Origin: Paramoeba atlantica
Taxonomy: Eukaryota > Protista > Discosea
Reading direction: 5' to 3'
Assembly: GCA_977017575.1 (NCBI GenBank)
Contig: CDRNVI010000091.1
Coordinates: 1-64,000, forward strand
DNA length: 64,000 nt
The notes beneath the pieces were generated by a model. The model was not told the DNA's origin. It made no database searches and worked only from the letters and a program-made list of their open reading frames with translations. This document shows, in pieces, positions 1 to 10,682 of this stretch (position 1 is its first letter; each line of letters begins with the position of its first letter). The position numbers and the translations under genes were made by a program.

Positions 1-1
1 A

Positions 2-420
2 AACTTTACTCCAAAGGAGAACTCCAGTCCCAACCATCTCAACCCTAGAAACACAACCCACAAGGACCTTAACCCCAACGATCTCGTCCCTACGGAACTT
101 ACCCCTAAAACATTCACCCCAAGGGAGAACTCCCATCCCAAGGATCCAACCCCCAAGGCCTTTAACCCTACGTATCCCAACTCTAGGGACACAACCCCCA
201 AAGGTCTTAACCCTACGACTCCAAACCCTAGGACACAACCCCCAAGGGCCTTAACCCCACGACACCGGGTCCAAAGGAGAGCTCCCCTCCTCACCACCTT
301 AACCCCAGGGACGTCACCCCCAAGGGCCTTACCCCCACGTATCCCAACTCTAGGGACACAACCCCCAAGGGGCTTAACCCTAGGGCCTTATCTCCAGGTC
401 CAAAGGCGGGCTCCCCTCCC
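2..420 (+). repeat. degenerate coding repeat (DTTPKGLNPT-like), probable N-terminal extension of PFKFB
   Basis: Repeated GGGACACAACCCCCAAGGGCCTTAACCC-like units. Open in frame 2 from 2 to ~231 and in the PFKFB frame from 232. Confidence 0.55.
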
Positions 421-486
421 CCTCCCCTCCCCCCTCCCCCTCCCCCCCGCCGCCCCCCCCGTCCCCCCCACCCCCTCCGCCCTCTC

Positions 487-1815
487 ATGCTGCTCGTCAT
501 GGTCGGCCTCCCGGGCCGCGGCAAGACCCACCTCGCGCACAAGCTCTGCCGCTACATCACCTGGCTCGGGATCCGTGCGGAGGTGTTCCTGGTCCACCAG
601 TACCTCCGCGGCCTCGTCCCCCGCGGCACCGACCCCGGGGAGAGGCTCAAAGGGGCCTACTTCGCCCGCGACAACGCGGTGGGGCGACGGGAGCGGAGAG
701 CGGCGCTCGGGGCCGCCCTGCGCGACGTGCTGCAGTTCCTCGTGGGGGCCGTGGGGGGGGGCGGGGGGGCGGTGGCGCTGCTGGATGGGGAGGCGGCGTC
801 CAGGGAGCACCGCGGGTTCGTGGAGGACACCGTGAGGGGGTTTGAGGAGGGGCAGAGGAGGGGGGGGTCCGGGGTGACCTCGGTTTTTCCGATCCAGGTG
901 GTGTATTTGGAGATTGTGACCTCGGATGCGCACGCGAGTGAGATTTTTACGTATGAGTACCGACACCAGACGTGGAGGAATGATTTGGAGGGGAATACAA
1001 AGGCGGTGTTTGAGGCGGAGGCGGAGGCGTTGGAGGATTTTGGGCAGCGCGTGCGGCGGTGTAGGGAGGATTATGACCCGCTGGAGAGTGGCTCGTTTAT
1101 TCGTGTCGAGGATGAGAAGGATGAGTTTGTGATTCGTGGACTGTCTGGGTTTCTGCCGGCACGGCTCGCGGGGTGGATGCTCAACCTCCGTGTCGTGAAC
1201 TGCCTCCGTCATGAGATTTTGTTCTGCCGGCACGGACAGACGTCGTATAACCTGGATAATCGTATTGGTGGTGACCCGGAGGTCACGTGTGAGGGGGAGA
1301 GAGATGCCCGGGCGCTGCGTTCCTACATCCGCTGCCAGGGCTACACTACAGAAGGGCTCGTAGTATGGACCTCCCGGCTAAAGCGCACGATCCAAACGGC
1401 CGGGCCGTTGGAGCGGGACGGTTTCCCATGTCTGCGGTTCCGTGAGCTCAACGAGATCCACGCCGGGATCTGTGAGGGGATGACATACAGGGAGGTCGGG
1501 GAGACGTACCCCGCGATAGCTAAGTGGCGCAGTGCCGCCAAGTACACGTTTCGCTACCCCGGCGGCGAGAGCTACCAGGACTTGGTGTCACGGCTGGAAC
1601 CGATTATTATGGAGCTGGAATCCGCGAAGAAGTCCGTGTTGGTGGTGGCGCACCAGGCCGTGCTGCGTGCCCTGTTTGCGTATTTCTTTAACGAGGCCGC
1701 GCAGGATAGTGTGGGGATGGAGATTCCGCACGGGACGGTGTGGCGCGTGCGGGGAGCAGGTGGGCCAATGCCGAAAACGGAACGGGTCTCGCTTCAGTTG
1801 TTTCGGGATGAATAG
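487..1815 (+). CDS. PFKFB: 6-phosphofructo-2-kinase/fructose-2,6-bisphosphatase
   Basis: P-loop GLPGRGKT, histidine-phosphatase RHGQT, ELNEIHAGICEGMTY, YPGGESYQDL, VVAHQAVLRAL. The frame is open upstream to 232 (Pro/Thr-rich), so the true start may lie further 5'. Confidence 0.93.
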   Translation: MLLVMVGLPGRGKTHLAHKLCRYITWLGIRAEVFLVHQYLRGLVPRGTDPGERLKGAYFARDNAVGRRERRAALGAALRDVLQFLVGAVGGGGGAVALLDGEAASREHRGFVEDTVRGFEEGQRRGGSGVTSVFPIQVVYLEIVTSDAHASEIFTYEYRHQTWRNDLEGNTKAVFEAEAEALEDFGQRVRRCREDYDPLESGSFIRVEDEKDEFVIRGLSGFLPARLAGWMLNLRVVNCLRHEILFCRHGQTSYNLDNRIGGDPEVTCEGERDARALRSYIRCQGYTTEGLVVWTSRLKRTIQTAGPLERDGFPCLRFRELNEIHAGICEGMTYREVGETYPAIAKWRSAAKYTFRYPGGESYQDLVSRLEPIIMELESAKKSVLVVAHQAVLRALFAYFFNEAAQDSVGMEIPHGTVWRVRGAGGPMPKTERVSLQLFRDE

Positions 1816-2147
1816 GTATGGTTACTCATCAAAGGGGGCGTGTTTACTCGTTTTTCAGACGCAAATTGACTCCAAGTATTATCTTTGGAGTTTTTTACAT
1901 CTTTTTTACGGTATACTTTTGTGGGTTCAACTATGCGATCCAAGTCCGTCACCATACTTCTAAATTTTACGAATTTGTTTTGTGTATAGGCATTTCGTGT
2001 ATTCTTGTTTCTCCACTTATTGTTGGGACTCTTTAGATCTTTAATACTCAGAACGCGCAACATACTGTGCATAACGTCTGGAAATGCAGTGCTAGAAATT
2101 AGGTCTTAATCCTCACTTATGGCTAACTATTGATAAATATTTACTCC

Positions 2148-2894
2148 ATGCTTTTTATTTGCTTTCTTGCTGACTTCGCAGAGACACAAACTGTGCGTAC
2201 AGCAAGAGTACGGTTAGAAAATTTACCTCCCGAGTACGAACTCGATCGACTTGTAAGGAATTTACAAAACAGGCATAGTTCATGGAGTTTGAACACTCCA
2301 CTATCAGAGTGGAGAGGCGTACAATACAATGAACGCGCGCAAATATCGATCACCTGGCGTATGATGCAACTTGCTGGGACACTAGAATTGTCCCATCTTA
2401 GCTGCACCGTCGAAGAGTTTGACACGTGCGGAAATTTTATGAGTGGCGATATTGCGCTAAATAGTCTTCCGCTTAGTCTTCGACATTTGAATCTTGGGTT
2501 CAATAATTTTTCTGGGCCAATAGATTTAACAAGTCTTCCCCCCAACTTGGAGTTGCTTTGTCTATCTAACAACGGATTTAGCGGCGAAATATGTCTAACA
2601 CAGCTACCGCCAAAACTCCTTAAACTTTACCTTCAAGGCAATGCTTTTTCGGGTGCGATATGTTTGAGTGAATTACCGCCAATATTAACGTATGTTAACC
2701 TTGAAAATAATGCTTTTTCAGGGGCCGTCTATTTTGAAAATTTGCCTTCATCTCTCAGCACTTTAATTTTGTCTACTAATGAGCATCTTTACGGGGAAGT
2801 TACGAAGGCAAATTTACTTTTTATTAAGATAGATAGAACAAACATAACAATAGACAAATCTGTTTCCAGACAAGCTCTGGGTCTACATACTTAG
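2148..2894 (+). CDS. leucine-rich repeat protein, putative secreted family
   Basis: LxxLxLxxNxFSGxIDLxxLP repeats, SWxxxxPxxEWxGV cap, hydrophobic N-terminus. ORF track starts at TTG 2130; first ATG is 2148. Confidence 0.85.
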   Translation: MLFICFLADFAETQTVRTARVRLENLPPEYELDRLVRNLQNRHSSWSLNTPLSEWRGVQYNERAQISITWRMMQLAGTLELSHLSCTVEEFDTCGNFMSGDIALNSLPLSLRHLNLGFNNFSGPIDLTSLPPNLELLCLSNNGFSGEICLTQLPPKLLKLYLQGNAFSGAICLSELPPILTYVNLENNAFSGAVYFENLPSSLSTLILSTNEHLYGEVTKANLLFIKIDRTNITIDKSVSRQALGLHT

Positions 2895-3198
2895 TGTGTG
2901 GGCCTCGTATTACTAGCTCCATACTTTGAAAAAATGCAACTACCTATATCATCTATAACATTAGTTTTCAAAGCCACTTTTCGGAGCTACACGACACAAA
3001 CTTTGCTCTCCCTCGTACCACAATCTCACTCTTAAAACTAAGGGCAAGTTATTTCATTTGCGACATTAAAAATATGCAGGTGAATTAAATTATAAAAGAA
3101 GTTGTATTAATTTGTTCTTTTGCAACAACCTTCACACTCCACTCCTTTCACACATTTTCTTATTCCTCCCCTCCTCTCTCCTCCCCTTTTCTCCCCCC

Positions 3199-3996
3199 AT
3201 GTTCCTTCCCCCCACCCTCCACGCCCTCACCCCCTCCGACACCCCCCTCCCCCCCCACCCCCGTATTGGAAAAGTCCACCACTCCGTCCTCTCCCCCGAG
3301 GACCTGCTCTGGCGCTTCACCGGGGGCCTCGAGACCCGCCACCCGACCTGGAAACGGTTCCAGCCCCCTCGCTTCTTCCGGCTCTTCTCCCCGCCCCGGG
3401 CGGTGTCCGTGTGTACGTGGGAGGGGGTGGAGTGTCCCACCCGCCCGGAGGTCGACACCATCGACTGGACCCACGAACGCCTGATGAACTGGGACCTCTC
3501 CGGGGCGTTGCGCTGGTCACAGCTCCCCCCATCCCTGCGTGAGCTGCACTTAAGTCACCACCCGAAGCTATGTGGCCGGGTGGACTTCGCGGCCTTACCC
3601 CCGGGGCTGCGTGTGTTCCGCGCGGAGGTGTGTAGTTTCTCCGGGGAGGTCGACCTCACGGTGCTTCCCCCTTCGTTGGAACACCTCGCGTTGTCGAGAA
3701 ATGATTTTAAAGGGGGGATTGATTTGTCTTCTCTTCCGGCCTCTCTGAGACGGTTGGATTTGAGAAATAATTATTTGACCGGGGAGGTTGCGTTGGATTG
3801 TCTTCCCGCGTCTTTGGAACAACTTTTGTTGTATGATAACATGTTTTTTGGGGAGGTGGATTTAAGTGCGCTCAATGTTCAAAAACGTATTCGTATTCAT
3901 TTAAATTTGGGGGCAAATTCTTTTACGAGGTACATACCTCAAGGGGAACTTCCATTTGGTGTCTTTTACGGAATTCAAAGGGATTTGCCATCCTAG
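3199..3996 (+). CDS. leucine-rich repeat protein
   Basis: VCTWEGVEC cap and LPPSLxxLxLxxNxFxGxVDL repeats. ATG 3199 (ORF track 3112). Confidence 0.85.
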   Translation: MFLPPTLHALTPSDTPLPPHPRIGKVHHSVLSPEDLLWRFTGGLETRHPTWKRFQPPRFFRLFSPPRAVSVCTWEGVECPTRPEVDTIDWTHERLMNWDLSGALRWSQLPPSLRELHLSHHPKLCGRVDFAALPPGLRVFRAEVCSFSGEVDLTVLPPSLEHLALSRNDFKGGIDLSSLPASLRRLDLRNNYLTGEVALDCLPASLEQLLLYDNMFFGEVDLSALNVQKRIRIHLNLGANSFTRYIPQGELPFGVFYGIQRDLPS

Positions 3997-4148
3997 ATAC
4001 GAGTTTTGAATACATGTTCATAAGAGTACATACAGGAGGGGCTTCGGGTGAAACCTCAGAAAACTACGAAGCCAAATCCCGAGCCAAATCTTTGTTACTG
4101 GGGGTCAGCCGAAAAAGGGTCAAATCTTTGTTACTGGGGGGGTCCATT

Positions 4149-4400
4149 ACTGGGGGGTCTACGGTATGTCAACAAAAGTCGTGTTAATGCGAAAAGGGTG
4201 GTAACGAGCAAAAGTATGTTAAAAAATAGAATTGTTCTTAATTTTTAGTAAAAGAGGTGCATATTCTCTCTTTTCCCTTGAAGCGAAGGTCACTTGATCA
4301 TGGAGAGTGCGGCTTCATGGGTACTGCATGACGCCCTGGAACTGCCATCTCACGGGTGGAGGGGACATAAGTAACTTATGTCCACAACTTAATCCCCCCT
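4149..4400. mobile_element. possible degenerate TA-flanked MITE
   Basis: Ends ACAACTTAATCCCCCCTG|TA like the end at 49702 and carries TGTCAACAAAAGTCGTGTTAAT, shared with 49633-49655. The left end is poorly matched. Confidence 0.35.
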
Positions 4401-4434
4401 GTATCTTGTTTTGGAAAATATTATCATGCACATA

Positions 4435-5194
4435 CAGGGGGTGGCACGAAAATATGGGGGGGGTCAAATTTTTTATAACTAGTCCAATTTTAGAAAATAG
4501 CACCGCATTCGAGAGCTCTCTCAGAGATACGTGTCACCTGCTATTGCGTTTCCCGTGTCCAGGGGGGTAGGTCCCTATGCCAAAGGGGCTGAAAATAGCA
4601 ATTGCAAGTTTGAAATTATGAAAAATATGTCATTTAGTATCCACAATGACCTCCATGTTTTTGTAATGTAATATTAATACAAGTTGGAACAGTCTTCAAA
4701 GTGTTTAAAAATGTTTTGTTCTGTTCTCCTTTCAACAATTCGATCCAGATGCGATCGCCGAACGCAATTATGACCAATTCGTGGGGCATAATGAGCTTGT
4801 GGGGCATAACGGAAGAAAAGGACCCCGTTTCTTCATACTTCTTTACTAAAAGTATGCGCTGGGTGACTTTAAGCTGTCCTCGAGGACTGTAACAATTCCG
4901 ATCACGGTGCTTTGCACCCTTGTTATTGGAACAAGCCCGTTTCTGTGGCATAACGCGGCGGAAAGATTAAAAATAGAAGGAAAATACCTAAAATATCGAA
5001 AAAATCGATGAAATTGAAGAAAATAGCAAGTTCCGAAAACGTATTTTAATAGAAAATAAAAAACAATTAAAGCACGGGAAACGCCATAGCAGGTGACACG
5101 TATCTCTGAGAGAGCTCTCGAATGCGGTGCTACTTTCCAAAATTGGACAATTTATAAGATTTTTGACCCCCCCATATTTTCGTGTCACCCCCTG
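4435..5194. mobile_element. Tc1/mariner-type non-autonomous deletion derivative (760 bp)
   Basis: ~123-bp TIRs (4435-4557 and 5072-5194) starting CAGGGGGTG, with TA on both sides (4433-34, 5195-96). Internal minus-strand QRILLVKKYEETGSFSSV resembles a Tc1/mariner N-terminal HTH. Confidence 0.85.
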
Positions 5195-5343
5195 TATACA
5201 AAGGTGCTAAATACAAAAGTCACATGTTTTTGGACCCCAATTATGTTTTTGGAATTTATTCAAAGATGCCAATAGCCATGTTTTTTAATTGAATTACTTC
5301 ATCTACCGCATGACGCCTCGTCAAATTTCCGATATATCCACAA

Positions 5344-7185
5344 ATGTTTGCCCCTTCGCTGAGTAGCCTGGAAAGCCGCCTTGGGAAAGCGAATTCATGC
5401 ACTACACTCAGAGAAGAATTTGACTCTTATTGTCCGAACACTTCTCATTTTCCATCGGAATCTTTGGATTTCCAAAGTTCTGCATTAGCTGCGCTACATC
5501 AAGAGCGTCTACAAGAAGTGATATGCGATCAGCGCGAGCAAGAACAGGCTTTGGAAAGCACAGAACGCAGACTGTTACAAAATTTAAAAGAACATGATCG
5601 TCTTATACGTGAATTAGGGGATCAGATCATAGCTGTAAATGATCAAAGAAGCGACGAAAGCGATGAAAAAGGTACAGCTACTAAAAAGGGAAAGAACGAA
5701 TTAGCAATCCTTGAAGCGCGCGATAAAGATTTAGCGCTTTGCGTTCGATTTTCTGCAGTTGAAAAGCATATTGACGAAGTCCAACATATATACGATAAAT
5801 TAAAAAATAGTGAAGATTCGGAAAATAATAGATTTTGCGAACTAGAAGAAGCAAACAACGCCCTACGAAGCCAAAGCACTTTGATGTGTCGCAAATGGAA
5901 TTCTTCAAAGATCACATATGCAGACAAAAAATCTAGAATTGAAGAATTAAGAAACCTTTTGGCAAGGGAGCTTTTGGAAAAAGAATCACTACTTTCTGTT
6001 CATTCAAACTTCTTGAAGTCTGTTACGAAAGCGGAAGAAAGCACCAAGCTTTTCTTTGCGGGAAATAGCAACAATCATGGTGAGCTCCAAGCTCGTAGCA
6101 GACAGCTAAAAAGGTCAGTTGACACTATAAAAGCAAAATTCATCGATCTGCATTTGATAAAGAGCAAAGCACTAGAGAAAGAGATGAATTTATACGAAAG
6201 TTCTGATGCCGCCGATTCTGTGCATAATGAGGAGAGCACGCGACTTGCGAATCTTGCCACTTCTGAGGAGCCATACACCCGGTCAAAAACTTTCAACATT
6301 GATTCACTAGAGCTACAGCATGCTATCCGCTGTCCTGAAAGTATGGATTCATTTCTTCTTTTATGTCATGGTCAATTGTACGTGAATGCGTTAGAGCAGC
6401 GAAATGCTGTAATCTTGGATATCTACCGAAAAATCGCACAGGATGTGACACGTCACTTAGCTTGTGGTGAAGACCGTGCACGAAATGATCTTCAACTAAA
6501 GTGTTATCTGCTTCAATGCCAAACCGAGAAACGAATTATAACAGAATCACTTCAAATTTTACAACTGGATGTCTCCAAGTTGAGAGAACGGGCCATTAAT
6601 ATAGACAGTGAACTTTCAGCACTTCGAGTAGACAACGTAGAGCTTAAGCTAGAGTTGCGTCAGGCTCAGAACACTTTACTCAAAGAGCAGCAATCCAAAG
6701 TTCCAGTGCATTGCGTTTCCGATAGAAAGGGGAAAAGAGTATGTCCTATAGAATCAGCATCTACAGCACAAGATCAGAGGAAGCGTTCAGAAAAACCCGT
6801 TACGAAAAGTTCTCGAGGCTACCATCTTGTACAAGTAGCTCCGTTGAAAGATTCAAAGAAAACAAAGAATCTACAAATACATTCGACGGTTTCTCCTAAA
6901 AGTGGAAGTAAGGACATGTCGCTGCCTACGGACAGCTCGGATCCGACAAACTCAAATACACGTCCAGGCGATATTGATGTATCACGAGTTGAGCTATCTG
7001 GAAAAGATCCGTGCTCTTCGGTAGAGAGTGTGTCAAATATTCACTTCGGAAGCAAAGAAATACACACTACTGCTAAGAGATCGCGTCGTATTTTAACGCT
7101 GACTCCGATGAACGAAAACGAAGACATTTGGACCTCATGGAATAGAGATGTCTCAGGGACGTCTAAATTGACATCTTCAGATTAA
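5344..7185 (+). CDS. coiled-coil protein of unknown function
   Basis: 613-aa ORF with heptad-rich E/K/L/Q segments and a Ser/Thr-rich tail; no motif recognised. Confidence 0.75.
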   Translation: MFAPSLSSLESRLGKANSCTTLREEFDSYCPNTSHFPSESLDFQSSALAALHQERLQEVICDQREQEQALESTERRLLQNLKEHDRLIRELGDQIIAVNDQRSDESDEKGTATKKGKNELAILEARDKDLALCVRFSAVEKHIDEVQHIYDKLKNSEDSENNRFCELEEANNALRSQSTLMCRKWNSSKITYADKKSRIEELRNLLARELLEKESLLSVHSNFLKSVTKAEESTKLFFAGNSNNHGELQARSRQLKRSVDTIKAKFIDLHLIKSKALEKEMNLYESSDAADSVHNEESTRLANLATSEEPYTRSKTFNIDSLELQHAIRCPESMDSFLLLCHGQLYVNALEQRNAVILDIYRKIAQDVTRHLACGEDRARNDLQLKCYLLQCQTEKRIITESLQILQLDVSKLRERAINIDSELSALRVDNVELKLELRQAQNTLLKEQQSKVPVHCVSDRKGKRVCPIESASTAQDQRKRSEKPVTKSSRGYHLVQVAPLKDSKKTKNLQIHSTVSPKSGSKDMSLPTDSSDPTNSNTRPGDIDVSRVELSGKDPCSSVESVSNIHFGSKEIHTTAKRSRRILTLTPMNENEDIWTSWNRDVSGTSKLTSSD

Positions 7186-7488
7186 GGAGAATATATCGTG
7201 AGTAAGTCCGCAATAATACATGTCATTGAAATATGTTTTTTAAATTTGTTTTTTAATCTTTTCTGTATAATTTCTTTCTTGATTCTTGCCTGGCATTAGT
7301 ACTTTTCATGCACTCCAATGCATTCGACGTGAAAAATAACAATATTTCTGAGCTTCTTGCTGATATGAAAACATTCTCATATAGGAAGTTGTATAGCCAT
7401 GTTCTTGAAGACATCTTGTAATCGAGTTAATGGAAAGAAAGAGACCCTACATAATTTTCTTGAATTTTTTTTTGAATTCTTTTGTTTA

Positions 7489-9777
7489 ATGGCAGGAAGC
7501 AAGATTTTGTCCTCTCGTCGAAAGCGTGGATCTACTGATGAAAAGTCAGCAATCTCTTCTCGACCTCGCCAACAAAAAAAGATTTCTCGTCAACAGATCT
7601 CGTCCTCTTTGAATGTAGAAAACACCACTGACATTTCCTTAAACATTGAAAACAACATATTTGAGCACTCAGAAGATGAAGAAAAACCGTCCTTCCTCCT
7701 ACCTCAACCCCATCCACCCGAAACCGTATCTCCAACCCACCCAAGCCCCAAAACAACACCCCCACCACCTCCAAAACCTACACAAAAATCTGCCCTCAAA
7801 AAGCGCCCCGACCCTATCGAAACCACCCAACCCCCCGGCGCCTCCCTCCCCAAACTCCTGCAAACGTCCCACCACCTCATGTCCCACGCCTCCTCCTCCC
7901 GGGTCCAAACCATTGCCGACGAGCACGTCCTCCCCAGCCCCGTCGCCGTGAGCTCCACCCTCGAGGCCGCCCATGACCGCGCCCACACCCGGGAGCTCGT
8001 GTCCCAGGACCTTAAGAAGTGGAACTACTTTGTGAGTCGTCTGCGCACCGCGGACCACCTCACCTTCCCGCTACGCTCCTCCAAGGACCTGAGCTCCGGT
8101 CACAACCTCGCGGCCCTCACTACCGCACTGGAGCCCACCACGGAGCTGGAGAAGCGCATGCACGCGGTGTACGCGGCCACAGGGTTGCTGGATAGTGCGG
8201 AATCCCCACAAGATGGGGGACGCGAAGATATTTTGTTTCAAAAGGGGGATGAGGAAGGGGAGGGGACAAAACGATCTTTTGAAGCTATGAAACATGCGAG
8301 TACGAGTATGACAACTCCCGTAGAGGACACGACCCGTCCCACAGCCGGGTACCTTGCGAAACTTAAAAGCATCATGTCCCAGAATGTACAAAAACGAAAA
8401 CGTATGAATCAAATCAAATCGCGTGCCTACCACCGTATGAGGCGAAGGGAAGAGGAGAAAACGGCCAACGCCGCGTTGCAGCGGTTGCATGAAATCGACC
8501 CCGATGCCGCGGCCTTGAAACGGCAGCAGCGTATGGAGCGGCTGCGTGCGATCGAGAGAGCCACCATGCGACACCGCAACACAAGTAAGTGGGTGAGACA
8601 TGTGAAGAGGTTCGCGTCGTGGGATGCCAACGCCCGGGACGCGATGCATAAAGATGCGAGAAGACATGAGGAGTTAACGCGAAAGTGGGAGCAGGAGGGG
8701 GTGCTGCGCTCGGCTGAGTATGAAACAGAGCGACAGGTGCAGCGGGAGGAGGAGGAGAGTAAACAAACCGACGCGTTGGTGGATGCGTTGCTGGATGGGG
8801 AGGGGAGTGACGCGGAGGTTGGGGCAGGGGGGAGAAAGAAAAAAGGCAAAAGTCTTACGGCTGTGTTGGGGGTGGAATCTTCGTCGGATCCGACGCAGAA
8901 TGCTAGGGAGGGACTCGCAGGAATGGGGTTTATGCGCCGAGCACAGCAGCGGAAGGAGATGGAGATGTTGCGCGAGGTGGAGGAACTGGAGCAGCAGGCG
9001 ATGGAGTGGAAAAATGGTAAACATGGAGATGGGGAGGAACAATGTGGTTCCGGGACTCAAAATACAGAACATGACCTCCATGTCACGACCAGTCGAACCG
9101 GAGGCCGTAAAAAATTTTCCCGACCTTTAGTAGACGAGGAAAACGGAAATTTTCCGAAAAGTACGCCAAACACTTCCTCATCAAACACTGCTCAAAACCC
9201 TTTATCTTCTTCAGCACCCCAAACCACCCACTCTTTAAACACCACCCGAAACTCGGCTCCCACCCAGCAGCAACAGCTCATCTCCGCAGCCTTCGCCCCG
9301 GACGAGCTGCTGCTGCGTGAGCTTGAAAAAGAAAAGACTGCGGCACTGCAATCCGACCTCACCCCTCTGGACCCTCAATCCGCTCTCCCGGGGTGGGGGG
9401 AGTGGGGAGGGGAAGCTCCGGAGCGTAACCGAATCCAGCAAGCTCGTCTCTCCCGGTTGAAAGCCAAACAGCAGCTCGAGCTGCGTGTCCTCCAGGCCAA
9501 GCGCAGGGATGCGGGTCTCGAGCATGTCTACCTTAGCGAGCTCTCGGAGAATGTCTCGGAGAAGTACCGGTTAAATAAGGTGCCGTACCCGTATGAGAGT
9601 GAGGAGCAGTACAACCGAGCGATGCGCATGCCGCTCGGGAGGGAGTGGAATACTGAGATGACGGTGTTCCAGAATACCCGACCTCCGGTAGAGGTAATCC
9701 CCGGGTGCGTGATCCGACCGGTGGATCTGGAGGCTGGGAACCAGAAGAAGACCCCTCAGACGAAATTGCGCAGGTAG
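7489..9777 (+). CDS. UTP14: U3 snoRNA-associated protein 14
   Basis: KRKRMNQIKSRAYHR, RAIERATMRHRNTSKW, LPGWGEWGG, VPYPYESEEQYNRAMRMPLGREWN. Likely ATG 7489 (ORF track 7399). Confidence 0.9.
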   Translation: MAGSKILSSRRKRGSTDEKSAISSRPRQQKKISRQQISSSLNVENTTDISLNIENNIFEHSEDEEKPSFLLPQPHPPETVSPTHPSPKTTPPPPPKPTQKSALKKRPDPIETTQPPGASLPKLLQTSHHLMSHASSSRVQTIADEHVLPSPVAVSSTLEAAHDRAHTRELVSQDLKKWNYFVSRLRTADHLTFPLRSSKDLSSGHNLAALTTALEPTTELEKRMHAVYAATGLLDSAESPQDGGREDILFQKGDEEGEGTKRSFEAMKHASTSMTTPVEDTTRPTAGYLAKLKSIMSQNVQKRKRMNQIKSRAYHRMRRREEEKTANAALQRLHEIDPDAAALKRQQRMERLRAIERATMRHRNTSKWVRHVKRFASWDANARDAMHKDARRHEELTRKWEQEGVLRSAEYETERQVQREEEESKQTDALVDALLDGEGSDAEVGAGGRKKKGKSLTAVLGVESSSDPTQNAREGLAGMGFMRRAQQRKEMEMLREVEELEQQAMEWKNGKHGDGEEQCGSGTQNTEHDLHVTTSRTGGRKKFSRPLVDEENGNFPKSTPNTSSSNTAQNPLSSSAPQTTHSLNTTRNSAPTQQQQLISAAFAPDELLLRELEKEKTAALQSDLTPLDPQSALPGWGEWGGEAPERNRIQQARLSRLKAKQQLELRVLQAKRRDAGLEHVYLSELSENVSEKYRLNKVPYPYESEEQYNRAMRMPLGREWNTEMTVFQNTRPPVEVIPGCVIRPVDLEAGNQKKTPQTKLRR

Positions 9778-10656
9778 AGTGGCGAGGGGGAGAGCGGGCC
9801 TCTTCTCGTGAAGAGGCATTTCAGGTAAGAAACAAAGACGCAGGGATGCATTTTTGAGGTGTTTGGCGTTGCTATTATCGATGCAGTAAGTTAAGGGGAG
9901 TACAACGGGTTTGATGAGGCAAAGAGGGCATGTTCTTTGCAAGGAGATGAGGTATCGTTCATGTGGAATCAACGAATAGTAATATTCTTTCTGTTTTTCC
10001 GAATGCTTTATTCATTTACATTCGCACTTTTTTTGTTTGTTTTCCCGACTGTGATACACTTTTCGTTATTAGAGAAGAATTTTTGTGATACCATTTGTAA
10101 GTTTTGCGTACGATGCTGCTGTTCTGCTTCATTGGTTTTTTCGTTCACGTTCTAACGTTACACGCAGCAGATGATACACCAACATCTAGCAGTCCTCCAA
10201 GGAAACATCGATGCTACGGCTCCAAAACGACTTCTGCAAGCACCTCAGATGATTATCAAGTGCGAGTCCTTACTCAGTACTTGAAGAATCGTCCTGCGAG
10301 TTGGTGCCCCTGTATGCTCCTGGGAGGGTTTCGTATGTGACAAGGGGCAAAGGGTAATAGAAATTCTTTTTCATGTGCCTGCAACTTGTGGAAATTTGTC
10401 ATGGGAGTTCTGTCCACTTCACGTGGTCAGAATAGCGCGTACATCTTACTTTGGTGTAACGAAATTCGGTGGTCAACTTCCTACCGCTGCATTAAGTCAT
10501 ACTCTAATTAATCTGCGATTAAGTGCAAATGAACATGTTGGGGCGGTCGATCTGACTACTCTTCCACCGAATATGACTGACTTGTTTATAGATCGCAACG
10601 AGTTTAGTGGATCTCTTAACCTAACAATGCTTCCTGGCTCCTTGGTAAACTTGGAT

Positions 10657-10682
10657 AAAGATACAGTTTCTGTACCTTGTTG
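10657..10682 (+). other. spliced-leader (mini-exon) 3' segment, not followed by a GT donor
   Basis: AAAGATACAGTTTCTGTACCTTGTTG contains the conserved kinetoplastid SL core (GATA)CAGTTTCTGTAC plus 7 nt ending TTG, followed by CCC. Confidence 0.7.

Noticed and set aside
1-420. Telomeric or subtelomeric CCCTAA-like repeats
   Set aside because: No tandem hexamers; the units keep a reading frame that runs into PFKFB.
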